From Sphingomonas sp. (GTDB lineage Bacteria > Pseudomonadota > Alphaproteobacteria > Sphingomonadales > Sphingomonadaceae), in NCBI GenBank assembly GCA_041659705.1, contig JBAZXU010000007.1, positions 165,967 to 229,966 on the forward strand: DNA of 64,000 nucleotides, in the 5' to 3' direction. The notes beneath the pieces were generated by a model. It searched no databases and was not told the origin of the DNA. It saw only the letters and a program-made list of their open reading frames with translations. Below, piece by piece: positions 41,451-51,119 of the stretch (position 1 is the stretch's first letter; every line of letters starts with the position of its first letter). The position numbers and the translations under genes are program-made.

Positions 41451-42353
41451 ATGCGGCTCGACGATTTTGACCCCAACATCCAGGTGGGTGACCAGCGCGG
41501 CCAGGAGCGTGGCCCGGCGGGCTTTGGCGGGGGCGGCATGTTGCTAGGCCTGCTGCCCATGGTGTTTAGCCGCTTTGGCTGCGGAGGCGTGGCTGTGGTG
41601 CTAGCGTTGATGTTCTTCATGGGCGGCGGCCTGCCGCTCCTTTCAGGCGGGGGCGATGGTGCGCTGCCTGCGGGCATGAGCCAGCAAAGCGCCGGCACGA
41701 ACGCAACCGCAAGCTGCACTGTGGACAGCGCAAGCCGGGCCGCCTGCAACGCCTTTAGCTCTGCTGACAGGACCTGGGCGCAGATATTTCAGCGAGCCGG
41801 GCAACGCTATCAATCCCCCTCTCTCCAGTTTTTTGGCGGCGAGGGTCAGTCCGGCTGCGGCGCGGCGCAAAGCGCAGCCGGGCCATTTTATTGCCAAGCG
41901 GACAGCGGCATCTATCTCGACACCAGCTTTTTCCACGAGCTGGCACAGCGCTTTGGCGCACGGGGAGATTTTGCGCAAGATTATGTAATAGCTCATGAAT
42001 TTGGCCACCACATTCAAAATCTGCTCGGCACATCGGCACAGGTGCAGCAGCAACAGGCACGCTCAAGTCGCGCGCAGGGCAATGCGCTGTCGGTTCGGCT
42101 GGAGCTTCAGGCGGATTGCTATGCCGGTGTCTGGGGAGCTGCCAACCACGACCGGCTGGAGCCGGGCGATGTCGAGGAAGGGTTGACGGCGGCACGGGCG
42201 ATTGGCGACGACACGCTGCAACGCGAGGCGCAAGGTCGGGTAGTGCCCGACAGCTTTACCCATGGCAGCTCGGCTGAGCGAATGAAATGGTTGAAAAAGG
42301 GCCTGGACAGCGGCGACCCCGGCCAATGCGACACATTCTCAGGCGCGATTTAA
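41451..42353 (+). CDS. YpfJ-like neutral zinc metallopeptidase
   Basis: The ATG at 41451 gives MRLDDFDPNIQVGDQRG. There is one TM segment, the zinc motif HEFGHH, and C-terminal HGSSAERMKW. Confidence 0.85.
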   Translation: MRLDDFDPNIQVGDQRGQERGPAGFGGGGMLLGLLPMVFSRFGCGGVAVVLALMFFMGGGLPLLSGGGDGALPAGMSQQSAGTNATASCTVDSASRAACNAFSSADRTWAQIFQRAGQRYQSPSLQFFGGEGQSGCGAAQSAAGPFYCQADSGIYLDTSFFHELAQRFGARGDFAQDYVIAHEFGHHIQNLLGTSAQVQQQQARSSRAQGNALSVRLELQADCYAGVWGAANHDRLEPGDVEEGLTAARAIGDDTLQREAQGRVVPDSFTHGSSAERMKWLKKGLDSGDPGQCDTFSGAI

Positions 42354-42363
42354 TCTTTCCGGC

Positions 42364-43011
42364 ATGATGATGCATGATTTTCTTGTTCCACCAGCGCTTG
42401 TCGAAACATTTGCGCGCGGCTGGGCAACAACGCGCGGCGTCGTGCCGCCCAAACCCGACGGCGCAGCGCTGCGGATTGAAACCGGCCAGCCGCACGAAGC
42501 CCGCCGCTATATTTTCGCGCGCCCGCCAGCCGGCATTCGCGCCATTGCGGCAAGCATCACAAAGCCGGGAATATTGCTAAAAGCCGCTATGGCGCCCGAA
42601 TTAGTCGCCCAGCACTTGCCGCCGCACTGGCATGTTGAACAAACCGGCACGACGATGACAGTACAGTCCCTGCCCCATGCCCCTTGCCCGCTTGCGCATG
42701 GGTTCACGCTGGCGGCGCACTGGCAGGCGGCCATTTATTCGGTGCGCATCATGGGGCTCGATGGGAGCGAGGCAGCACGCGGGCGCATGACACTGGTCGA
42801 TGGCTGGGCACTCCATGATAACATTTATGTCGCCGAGCAATTACGCCGCCACGGGTTGGGCCGGGCGGTGATGACGGCGCTGGGCATCGAGGCAGGCCGC
42901 CGCGGCATAAACCGCGGGCTGCTCAATGCCACTGCCGCCGGGCGCGCGCTGTACAAAACCATGGGCTGGACAGCACGCGCGCCCTGGGTAACCGCCCAAA
43001 TCAGCGCCTGA
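42364..43011 (+). CDS. GNAT-family N-acetyltransferase
   Basis: The acetyl-CoA binding segment is VAEQLRRHGLGRAVMTAL (Q/RxxGxG/A). The length is 215 aa. Confidence 0.7.
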   Translation: MMMHDFLVPPALVETFARGWATTRGVVPPKPDGAALRIETGQPHEARRYIFARPPAGIRAIAASITKPGILLKAAMAPELVAQHLPPHWHVEQTGTTMTVQSLPHAPCPLAHGFTLAAHWQAAIYSVRIMGLDGSEAARGRMTLVDGWALHDNIYVAEQLRRHGLGRAVMTALGIEAGRRGINRGLLNATAAGRALYKTMGWTARAPWVTAQISA

Positions 43012-44001
43012 TCACAGCTTTACCAGCATCTTACCCTTGTTCTCGCCCGAAAACAGGCCGAGAAACGCGTCCGGCATTGCCTCGATCCCTTGATACACCG
43101 TTTCCTCCCTCACCAGCTGCCCGGCTTGTAACATTCCAGCCATATCGGCGTAAAACTCACCCGCGCGCGCCAAAAAATCGCTGACGATAAAGCCCTGAAT
43201 ATGGATGCGCGCACCAATGATGCGGGCGGCATAGCGCAGTTCGGTTGGCGCGCCGGTGTTATACATCTCGATCATGCCACAAATCGCAAAACGGGCGCGC
43301 TCATTGGCCAGCGCAATCGCCGTATCGAGATGTTCACCGCCGACATTGTCAAAATACACGTCAATGCCTTTGGGTGCCGCCGCCACTAGCTGCTTGATGA
43401 CGGGGGTGCCGTTTTTATAATCGATCACCGCATCGGCGCCCAGCGATTTGACCCAGGCGCATTTATCGGCCCCACCCGCCGACCCGATTACCGTCATCCC
43501 CTTGGCCTTGGCGATTTGCACAACCGTGGAGCCAACAGCGCCTGCCGCCGCAGAAACAAACACCGTGTCGCCCGTTTTTGCGCAGGCAACATCGAGCAGG
43601 CCGAAATAAGCCGTCATCCCTGGCATACCGAACTGGCCAAGAAACGCCTGCACATCGACACCCAATTCTGGCAGTTTTTGCACCTGTGCGCCGGGCAACA
43701 CCGCCTCATCTCGCCACCCTTCCATATGGAGCACCATGTCGCCGACAGCGATGTTATCTGTCGTGCTTTCCACCACCTCGCCAACCGCGCCACCCTGCAT
43801 CGGAGCACCGAGTACGAAGGGAGGGGTATAGCTTTTCACGTCGTTCATCCGTCCGCGCATATAGGGATCAACCGACAGCCAGCGGTTGGCCACCCGCACC
43901 ATATTTGTACCAAGAGGCTGAGATTCCGTATTTATTATCGAAAAATTTTCCAGTGTCGGGGTGCCAGTCGGGCGGGAGGCCAATGTCCAGGCGCGCGGCA
44001 T
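43012..44001 (-). CDS. NADP-dependent oxidoreductase (medium-chain dehydrogenase/reductase, alkenal/enone reductase-like)
   Basis: The nucleotide-binding motif is AAAGAVGSTVVQIAK. C-terminal GENKGKMLVKL is typical of this subfamily. Confidence 0.88.
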   Translation of the reverse strand: MPRAWTLASRPTGTPTLENFSIINTESQPLGTNMVRVANRWLSVDPYMRGRMNDVKSYTPPFVLGAPMQGGAVGEVVESTTDNIAVGDMVLHMEGWRDEAVLPGAQVQKLPELGVDVQAFLGQFGMPGMTAYFGLLDVACAKTGDTVFVSAAAGAVGSTVVQIAKAKGMTVIGSAGGADKCAWVKSLGADAVIDYKNGTPVIKQLVAAAPKGIDVYFDNVGGEHLDTAIALANERARFAICGMIEMYNTGAPTELRYAARIIGARIHIQGFIVSDFLARAGEFYADMAGMLQAGQLVREETVYQGIEAMPDAFLGLFSGENKGKMLVKL

Positions 44002-44187
44002 AACTCATCTCCATTAATTATTTTTTCGAACCCACGGTATGCCCGAACGATTGGAAAATGCAACCACGCTCCTTGCCCTAAGCGTCATGTTTTTGTGCAG
44101 GTCTTGACACAGGCACAGCGGTTGCATCCACGCAAAACAGCAGTTAATGGCAAGGCGAAACCAGCTTCTCGCGACAGCGAGGGGCGC

Positions 44188-44263
44188 GGGGCCGTAGCTC
44201 AGATGGGAGAGCGCTGCAATCGCACTGCAGAGGTCAGGGGTTCGATTCCCCTCGGCTCCACCA
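44188..44263 (+). tRNA. tRNA-Ala (anticodon CGC)
   Basis: It folds as a 76-nt cloverleaf. The acceptor stem is GGGGCCG/CGGCTCC with the G3:U70 alanine identity pair. The anticodon stem is CTGCA/TGCAG with loop ATCGCAC. The T-arm is GGGGTTCGATTCCCC and the 3' CCA is encoded. Confidence 0.95.
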
Positions 44264-44421
44264 GAAACATAATCTGGCGCATTTGCCGTACGGCGGCCAC
44301 ATCTCTGCTCGACAATCAGAATTTTGGTAAATTTCTGCCCGATTATCAACAGTTTTTGGTTTTATTAAAAGGATAGATTAACCAACGGCGACTAACCTGC
44401 TCTTTCCTCAGGTAGGATGGC

Positions 44422-46200
44422 ATGGTCAGCTTCACAGTTTCCACGGTTTACAGACGCGCAGCGCTAGTCGGCATGGCCTATTTTGCCACGGCATCCGCGA
44501 CGTTGCTCTTATCGCGATTTGGCGGCGGCCTGGCCATTGTATGGCTCGCCACGGCCATTTTGGTGGCAGAACTTTGCCTGACGGAGCGGCACAAATGGTG
44601 GCCCACAATCCTTGCCTGCGGCGTTGCAATGACGCTTGCCAGCGGTCTTTTTGGCCTGGGCCCGGTGCGCGCACTGCCGCTGGCCGCCGCCAATATTGGT
44701 GAGGCGGTACTGGCGGCTCATTTTCTCCACAAGCGCTGCTCAAACGCCAATTTTCTAGACTCGCTGGAAGGCTTGCTGAATTTTGCCCTGGCGTCGATGG
44801 GCGCGATTGCCATTGTGTCTGTGCCAGCGGCAGCCATTGTCGCCACCAAGCAAGGCATGGACTATCTGCCATCGCTTGGGGAATGGTTTATCGTCCATTC
44901 CCTGGGCACCGCCTCGCTTACGCCGCTTGCAATGCTGATACTGAGCGGCGAGTTGAACATATGGTGGCGCAGCGCCAAGCGCGCGACCAAGGCCGAGGCC
45001 TTTGGCATGCTTGCACTTATGATCATCATCTGCGCGGTGCTATTTGGCGTGGCTCGTCAGGGATTTTTGTTTATTCTGGCACTGCCGCTCATGGTCGCCA
45101 CTTTCCGGCTCGAAAGAATGGGCGCAGCAGCCGGGTTGCTTGTTGTAGCGATAATTGGTGGAACGCTTACTGCTATGGGTTATGGCCCTGTGGCCTTTGG
45201 CTCACCCTCTCCGCTAATCAAAGCACTGTTTTTTCAGCTTTATCTTGCAGCGACTGTTGTCACCGTGCTGCCGGTTGCGGCTGAGTTACAACAGCGCAAG
45301 CGGATTTTCCGCCGCCTGTTGCAAAGCGAGGCGCAGTATAAACTCATTGCCGACAATTCGACCGACATGGTCCTCTCGCTCGATATGGATGGCAAGATCA
45401 CCTATGCGTCGCCTTCTGTGCAGGAAATCATGTCGGTGTCGCCTGCAACACTCGTTGGCAAGCGGCCCCATCATCTGGCCGTTGGCCCGGCGGCGAATAT
45501 TGTCGCCGAGGCCTATCGCGGCGTGGTGCGCAGCGCATCGGGCATTTCGGTAGTGGAATATCGCGCAACAAAAACCAATGGTGAAGCGCGCTGGTTTGAA
45601 GCAAGCACCCGCGGCATCTTTGGTGACAATGGCGTTCCTACAGGCTGGGTAAGCACCATTCGCGATATTTCTGAACGCAAATCGCTGGAGCTGCAACTGG
45701 CGCACGCCGCAACCACCGACCCGCTCACGGGTCTGTCAAACCGGCGCGCCTTCGACACGTTGCTCGATTTGCGCATTTCCGGCCATGTCGACGGCGAGCG
45801 TGGCGGGTGCATTGCCATATTCGATATCGATTTCTTCAAACGTGTAAACGACGAACATGGCCATGGCGTTGGTGATCAGGTGCTCGCAGCTTTTGCAGAG
45901 GCGGCAGACCGGGTCATTCGGTCAACCGACCATATTGCGCGGCTGGGCGGCGAGGAATTTGGCATCATCTTCGCCGGAGCAGACCTGGCGCAGGCCGCTG
46001 CAGTTTGCGAGCGGTTGCGCCTTGCCATTGCCGATCTGGTTACTCCCACGGCCAATGGTGCCGCAGTGCGGGTAACGGTGAGCGCGGGCGTTGCGCAAAT
46101 TCGCCCCCGTATGTCGCGCGCGCAGATTATGCGGGCGGCCGACGACGCGCTGTACAAGGCAAAAGCAGGCGGGCGCGACCGGCTGGCCATCGCCGCATAA
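44422..46200 (+). CDS. Membrane sensor diguanylate cyclase (polytopic N-domain, PAS, GGDEF)
   Basis: There are about 8 N-terminal TM segments. The PAS region is YKLIADNSTDMVLSLDMDGKITYASPS. The active site is GGEEF with an RxxD I-site (RSTD) five residues upstream. Confidence 0.9.
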   Translation: MVSFTVSTVYRRAALVGMAYFATASATLLLSRFGGGLAIVWLATAILVAELCLTERHKWWPTILACGVAMTLASGLFGLGPVRALPLAAANIGEAVLAAHFLHKRCSNANFLDSLEGLLNFALASMGAIAIVSVPAAAIVATKQGMDYLPSLGEWFIVHSLGTASLTPLAMLILSGELNIWWRSAKRATKAEAFGMLALMIIICAVLFGVARQGFLFILALPLMVATFRLERMGAAAGLLVVAIIGGTLTAMGYGPVAFGSPSPLIKALFFQLYLAATVVTVLPVAAELQQRKRIFRRLLQSEAQYKLIADNSTDMVLSLDMDGKITYASPSVQEIMSVSPATLVGKRPHHLAVGPAANIVAEAYRGVVRSASGISVVEYRATKTNGEARWFEASTRGIFGDNGVPTGWVSTIRDISERKSLELQLAHAATTDPLTGLSNRRAFDTLLDLRISGHVDGERGGCIAIFDIDFFKRVNDEHGHGVGDQVLAAFAEAADRVIRSTDHIARLGGEEFGIIFAGADLAQAAAVCERLRLAIADLVTPTANGAAVRVTVSAGVAQIRPRMSRAQIMRAADDALYKAKAGGRDRLAIAA

Positions 46201-46293
46201 CTTGCGCGCTGGCTGTGTGGAGGCAGCAGCATCGCTCCGTTAAGCCAAGCGCTCCCCTTTCCAAGGCACGCGCCGCGCCCTAGGCTGATCTGC

Positions 46294-47070
46294 ATGACAC
46301 CAAGCGCTGACAACGGGCCAATTCCTGCCGCCACGCTGGTGCTGCTGCGCGATTGCGAGGTGGGCCCGCCCGAACTGTTGATGGTTGAGCGCGCTTTGGC
46401 CATGCGCTTTGCCGGTGGTGCGCTGGTTTTTCCCGGCGGGCGGATCGACGCGGGCGACTATCGGCACGCTATGGCGCTTCACCCGCAGGCGCCGGGCAAT
46501 GCGGCTATTGCCGCTGCGGCCATTGCCGCCATTCGCGAAACGCTGGAAGAAGCGGGGCTGCCGGTTGGCCTGTCGCCAATGCCACACAAAGCCCAACTTG
46601 CCGCCATCCGCGCAGGGCTGCACGCGGGCGAGGATTTTGCAACGCTGCTCGCCCATCATCACCTTGCGCTCGACACCGGCTCACTCACGCTTTTTGCCCA
46701 TTGGTGCCCCAACCATCCGAACATGCGAATATTCGACACGCTGTTTTTTGTGGCGCAGGCCCCGGCCTTTGCGCCAGAGCCGATTGTCGACGCGACTGAA
46801 AATACTCGTGTATTCTGGCAGAGCGCGCACAAGACATTGGACGATGCAGCAGCGGGTCGGGCCGCCATCATCTTTCCCACCAAACGCAATCTGGAACGAC
46901 TTGCGCAATTTTCCAGCTATGCCGATGCAGCAGCCCATGCAGCCCGGCACCCCATCTGCAAGATTACACCGTGGATAGAAGAACGCAGCGGAGAGCCGCA
47001 TCTGTGCATTCCCGAAGGGCTTGGCTATCCGATTACCGCTGAACCGATGATCCGCACCCGGCGCGGCTGA
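46294..47070 (+). CDS. NUDIX hydrolase
   Basis: The Nudix-box-like segment is FPGGRIDAGD...AAIRETLEEAGL. Confidence 0.8.
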   Translation: MTPSADNGPIPAATLVLLRDCEVGPPELLMVERALAMRFAGGALVFPGGRIDAGDYRHAMALHPQAPGNAAIAAAAIAAIRETLEEAGLPVGLSPMPHKAQLAAIRAGLHAGEDFATLLAHHHLALDTGSLTLFAHWCPNHPNMRIFDTLFFVAQAPAFAPEPIVDATENTRVFWQSAHKTLDDAAAGRAAIIFPTKRNLERLAQFSSYADAAAHAARHPICKITPWIEERSGEPHLCIPEGLGYPITAEPMIRTRRG

Positions 47071-47089
47071 AGCTGCCGCTGGCAATCAC

Positions 47090-47641
47090 TCAGTGCGGCA
47101 TGGCGGCGGTATCGACCTTTTCCACCCAATAGGGGAAGAAGGAAGGCTGGCGATTCGACCAGCCAGACGCCGTTGCCGCTGCCTCGCTAATCGACTGGAG
47201 AAGCCCGCGTCGCAAATCCGGTTGCAAATGGGGCAGCGCGGCGGCCCCGCAAAACGCAGCCGGCAGCCATGGCCGAACCTCGGCACCGATCAGCCTTTCA
47301 TACAAAAAGCGATAGGAGGAGAAGTTGGTGAGCCGCCCCTGCCCCAAATCAAACGCTGTCAGCGTGATGAGCGTACCCAAAAATTGATCAACCAGGTCAA
47401 GCCCACTATCTGCAGGAACCATTGCCCGCACATCTGGCAGGCGATCATAAAAACGGGATTGAGCGCGAATGCTGGCGGCCTCAACCACATCGCGCGACCA
47501 GCGCTCAAGCGCATCTTCCCGGTCAAGCCCGATATCGAGCGAGCGGCGGATGTAACGCTGGGTAGCGGCCGGAAAGCCGGCAAATTCCTTCATCTCGGCC
47601 AGAGCCAAAACGCCCGTGCTTGGTTTTTGTCCCGCGCCCAT
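47090..47641 (-). CDS. Hypothetical soluble protein, family not recognised
   Basis: The ORF is intact, has codon composition like its neighbours, and has no TM segment. The start may be the internal MKEFAG (47593). Confidence 0.5.
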   Translation of the reverse strand: MGAGQKPSTGVLALAEMKEFAGFPAATQRYIRRSLDIGLDREDALERWSRDVVEAASIRAQSRFYDRLPDVRAMVPADSGLDLVDQFLGTLITLTAFDLGQGRLTNFSSYRFLYERLIGAEVRPWLPAAFCGAAALPHLQPDLRRGLLQSISEAAATASGWSNRQPSFFPYWVEKVDTAAMPH

Positions 47642-47813
47642 ATCGTCACCCGACCCGCATCATTATCGACAGCCAATCATGCGCGTTTAAGGTTAACAGC
47701 GCCTTTATCGCCGAATCAAATTGCTATGGCCAAGTGCAGCATAGCCATTGCTGCAATGCAATATATATCCATGCGCTGATATATTCATTCCCTGCCCCGC
47801 CACAGGGTTACCC

Positions 47814-47845
47814 AAAAAAAAGCCCGGCAGGTTTCCCCGCCGGGC
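47814..47845 (-). terminator. Rho-independent terminator after the Bax-inhibitor-like gene
   Basis: On the minus strand, the GCCCGGC...GCCGGGC hairpin (47822-47845) is followed by eight U (47814-21). It lies 27 nt downstream of the stop at 47872. Confidence 0.7.
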
Positions 47846-47871
47846 CTGGGCATTGCGCCCAATAATCAAAC

Positions 47872-48609
47872 CTAGTTCCGGCTGCTGCCAAACAGGCGCA
47901 GGATGAACAAGAACATGTTGATAAAATCGAGATACAGGTTGAGCGCTGCCATGATGACCACGCGGCCCTCATCTTCTGTACCGGCTACCTGCGCATACAT
48001 GCTCTTGGTCCGCTGTGTGTCATAGGCGGTGAGACCGGCAAAAATCAGCAAGCCAACCAAGCTGATAACAAAGGCCAACGGGCCAGATTGCAGGAAAAAG
48101 TTCAGCAAGCTCGCAACGATCAAGCCGACAAGACCCATAACCAGAAAGGTGCCAAAGACCGACAAATCCCGCTTGGTGGTATAGCCATACAGGCTAAGGC
48201 CCGCAAAACCGGCGGCCGTTGCAAAAAACGCCTGAGCAATCGCCACATCGCTATACACGAGGAAAATCGTCGACAGCGACAAGCCCATCGACACCGCAAA
48301 ACCCCAGAACATCGCCTGTAGCGTCGGCATCGACATGCGGCCCTGGCCAAAGCTCATCGCAAACACAAAGCCAAGAGGCGCCAGCTTGATGATCCACGAA
48401 AGCGGCCCGCCACCAGTAAACGCCTGCGCCGCCGCCCCGCTTGTGGCAAAAGCAAGCGCGACAATGCCCGTCAGCAAAATGCCGGACGCCATGTAGTTAT
48501 AGACCGACAGCATATAGGACCGCAGCCCCGCATCATACGCGGCGCCGCGGACATCGCTACCCGATGCGAAAGCGGTGGCGTTCGACCGGGGATCAGACCA
48601 GTTAGCCAT
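47872..48609 (-). CDS. Bax inhibitor-1/YccA family membrane protein
   Basis: The ATG at 48607-48609 gives MANWSDPRS...YDAGLRSYMLSVYNYMASGILLTG. There are seven TM segments and the C-terminus is LYLDFINMFLFILRLFG. Confidence 0.88.
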   Translation of the reverse strand: MANWSDPRSNATAFASGSDVRGAAYDAGLRSYMLSVYNYMASGILLTGIVALAFATSGAAAQAFTGGGPLSWIIKLAPLGFVFAMSFGQGRMSMPTLQAMFWGFAVSMGLSLSTIFLVYSDVAIAQAFFATAAGFAGLSLYGYTTKRDLSVFGTFLVMGLVGLIVASLLNFFLQSGPLAFVISLVGLLIFAGLTAYDTQRTKSMYAQVAGTEDEGRVVIMAALNLYLDFINMFLFILRLFGSSRN

Positions 48610-48729
48610 TTCAACAAAACTCCTTTGCCCGGCCTTATGCCGGATAGCCGCAATATTGGCATGCGTTCGTATAATATCAAGTAAAACCGGTTGCGAAATG
48701 GCAAAGGCTGCGGCACTCAATCGCCTGTC

Positions 48730-49285
48730 ATGCGTCGATTGTTCGCTGCCCTGCGCCCGCCGCCTGCCATTCGTACCCTGTTGCTCGCGGCAATGGGTGG
48801 CGTACCCGGCGCGCGCTGACAAACGGACGATCAGCTTCACCTTACGCTGCGTTATATTGGCGAGGTCGATACCCGCATGGCAGAGGACATTGCCGCGATG
48901 CTTGCCTGCCTGCCCGCGGCGCCCGCATCGGTTGCGATATGCGGTGTTGGCATGCGGTGTTGGCGCGTTTGAAAAACAGGGCCGCACCTGCGCTTTGTGG
49001 GCGGGCATTGCCCCGGCAGATCAGCTCAGCGCCCTTCACCGCAAGGTGGACCATGCGCTTACCGTGCCTGGCCTTTCAGCAAAATCTCGCGCTTATGTGC
49101 CGCACATCGCGCTGGCGAGGCTGGCACGCTTGCAGGCAGCCGGGCCGATGATTGCTGCTTATCTGGCCCATCATGCCGGGCTGCGCAGCCCTGCCTACGC
49201 TTTTACGCGCATGACGCTGTTTGAAAGCCATTTGGGCCATGGCGGTGCGCATTATGAGGCGGTTGGCAGCTGGCCATTTGGGTAG
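48730..49285 (+). pseudogene. thpR: RNA 2',3'-cyclic phosphodiesterase (ThpR/LigT, 2H family) disrupted by a nonsense codon and a frameshifting duplication
   Basis: The reading from the ATG at 48730 is MRRLFAALRPPPAIRTLLLAAMGGVPGAR, then TGA (48817-48819). It continues in the same frame as QTDDQLHLTLRYIGEVD (first HxTx motif) up to VAICGVG. After the 13-bp duplication the homologous sequence continues in the +1 frame: AFEKQGRTCALWAGI...YVPHIALARL (second Hx[T/S]x-type motif)...FTRMTLFESHLG. Confidence 0.75.
48939..48964 (+). repeat. Perfect 13-bp tandem duplication ATGCGGTGTTGGC x2 inside thpR
   Basis: Copy 1 is at 48939-48951 and copy 2 at 48952-48964, and they are identical. Removing one copy joins the two thpR reading frames. 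Confidence 0.95.
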
Positions 49286-49362
49286 GGTGTGATTTTTGGG
49301 TTTCTATAACCGCCATTGCTCTGCTAGCCCGGTTGGCAAGAACAAGGTTTTGGGGAGTGGAC

Positions 49363-50970
49363 ATGGCGCAAACAGCGGACAAAGCACCGGAATTGGCAGG
49401 CCATTCTCCCGATGATTCTGTCGCCAGAACCGCGCCTGCCCATGCTCCGGCCTATGCTTGGTATGTGCTGGCCATATTATTTTCCATCTATGTGCTAAAC
49501 TTCATCGACCGGCAGGTTATCTCGATTCTGGCGGAAGACATTAAGCGCGATCTGCATTTGCGTGATGAGGATCTGGGCTTTCTCTACGGCACGGCCTTTG
49601 GCGTGTTCTATGCGCTTTTCGGCATTCCGCTGGGGCGGCTGGCAGATAATTGGCACAGAGTGCGGCTGATGACTGCGGGGTTGACCTTGTGGTCGGCGAT
49701 GACCGTGCTCTCCGGCTTTGCCCGCAGTGGCACAATGCTGGCCGGCGCGCGCATCGGCGTTGGCGTGGGAGAGGCAACGGCAAGCCCATCTGCCTATTCG
49801 CTGATATCCGATCTCTTTCCCCGCCGCCTGCGCGCAACCGCGCTCGCCATTTATTCCGCCGGGCTATATGTTGGTGGCGGTATATCGCTGGGCATTGGCG
49901 GGCTGATCGTAAAATCGTGGAATGATGCGTATCCGGATGGGGGGCCGCTTGGGCTTGCCGGGTGGCAGGCGGCTTTTATGATCGTCGGCATCCCTGGGCT
50001 GGCGCTGGCTTTTCTCGTCGCATCGCTGCGCGAGCCGGTTCGCGGCCAATCGGAAGGGTTGCCCCCGCCCGCGCCGCACCCTGCCCCATTTCATGCTTTT
50101 TTTGCCGATTTGGTGACGATTCTGCCGCCCTTTACCCTTATTGGCGCCGCACAAGGCGGCCTGCGCGCATTTGTTTACAACATTGCTGGTGCAGGCCTGG
50201 TCATCGCCATTGTCGCCGCCTTGGTGCACAGCGGGGAGCCATGGCCGCAATGGGTTGCGGTTGGCATTGGCGTTTATGCGGTTTTCTCCTGGGCGAGCGC
50301 GCTCAAGCGGCGCGACCCGCCCACTTTTGCGCTAATTGTGGCCAATCCGGCATTTTTATCGGTGGTTATAGCCTATGGGCTGAACGCGTTTCTTGCCTAT
50401 ACCGTCAGCTTTTGGGCTGCGCCCTATGCCATCCGCGTGCTCGGCGCCTCTCCGGCAAGCGCTGGGTTCATCATCGGCGGCATGGGGGCAGCGGCAGGGT
50501 TTTTGGGCGTTACCCTTGGCGGCGTTGTGGCGGACAGGTTGCGCCGGAACAATCCGGCTGGTCGGGTTCTTGTCATCATTTTTGGCGCAGCCGTGCCCCC
50601 GCTTGCCATTGCCACCGCATTTACCACCACCAACCTTTGGCTGTTTTATGCCATGTTGTTCCCCGCCTCGGTCTGCGCGAGCAGCGCGCTTGGCGCGGCC
50701 GCGGCCACCACGCAAGACCTGGTGCTGCCCCGGATGCGCGGCACGGCAACGGGCACCTTCCTCATCGGCACGACATTGCTTGGGCTGGCGCTGGGGCCAT
50801 ATCTGGCAGGGCGGATTTCGTCGTTGTCGGGCAGCCTGTCGGTTGGTGTCGTCTCGCTGCTTGCCACTGTGCCCGTCACGCTGGCAGCCGCGCTTCTTGC
50901 CTATCGGCTGGTGCCAAAGGCCGAGGCCAGCCGGCAGGCGCGAGCACGCGCGGCTGGCGAAAATATTTGA
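49363..50970 (+). CDS. MFS transporter (Spinster-like)
   Basis: The ATG at 49363 is preceded by GGGGAG. FIDRQVISILAEDIKRDL and GRLADNW are MFS motif A-like, and there are 12 TM segments. Confidence 0.85.
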   Translation: MAQTADKAPELAGHSPDDSVARTAPAHAPAYAWYVLAILFSIYVLNFIDRQVISILAEDIKRDLHLRDEDLGFLYGTAFGVFYALFGIPLGRLADNWHRVRLMTAGLTLWSAMTVLSGFARSGTMLAGARIGVGVGEATASPSAYSLISDLFPRRLRATALAIYSAGLYVGGGISLGIGGLIVKSWNDAYPDGGPLGLAGWQAAFMIVGIPGLALAFLVASLREPVRGQSEGLPPPAPHPAPFHAFFADLVTILPPFTLIGAAQGGLRAFVYNIAGAGLVIAIVAALVHSGEPWPQWVAVGIGVYAVFSWASALKRRDPPTFALIVANPAFLSVVIAYGLNAFLAYTVSFWAAPYAIRVLGASPASAGFIIGGMGAAAGFLGVTLGGVVADRLRRNNPAGRVLVIIFGAAVPPLAIATAFTTTNLWLFYAMLFPASVCASSALGAAAATTQDLVLPRMRGTATGTFLIGTTLLGLALGPYLAGRISSLSGSLSVGVVSLLATVPVTLAAALLAYRLVPKAEASRQARARAAGENI

Positions 50971-51119
50971 GCCAGAACAAAAGCTTGCCTCTGCTGCACG
51001 CCCAAAGTACATAGCGCGGACCGCACCCAAATTGTTACGACTTCGCGTCACGCGCGATTTGTATTGTAACAATATCCCTGCATAGCCTCAGCAACTTATG
51101 GTGAGCGCAAGGACAGGCC

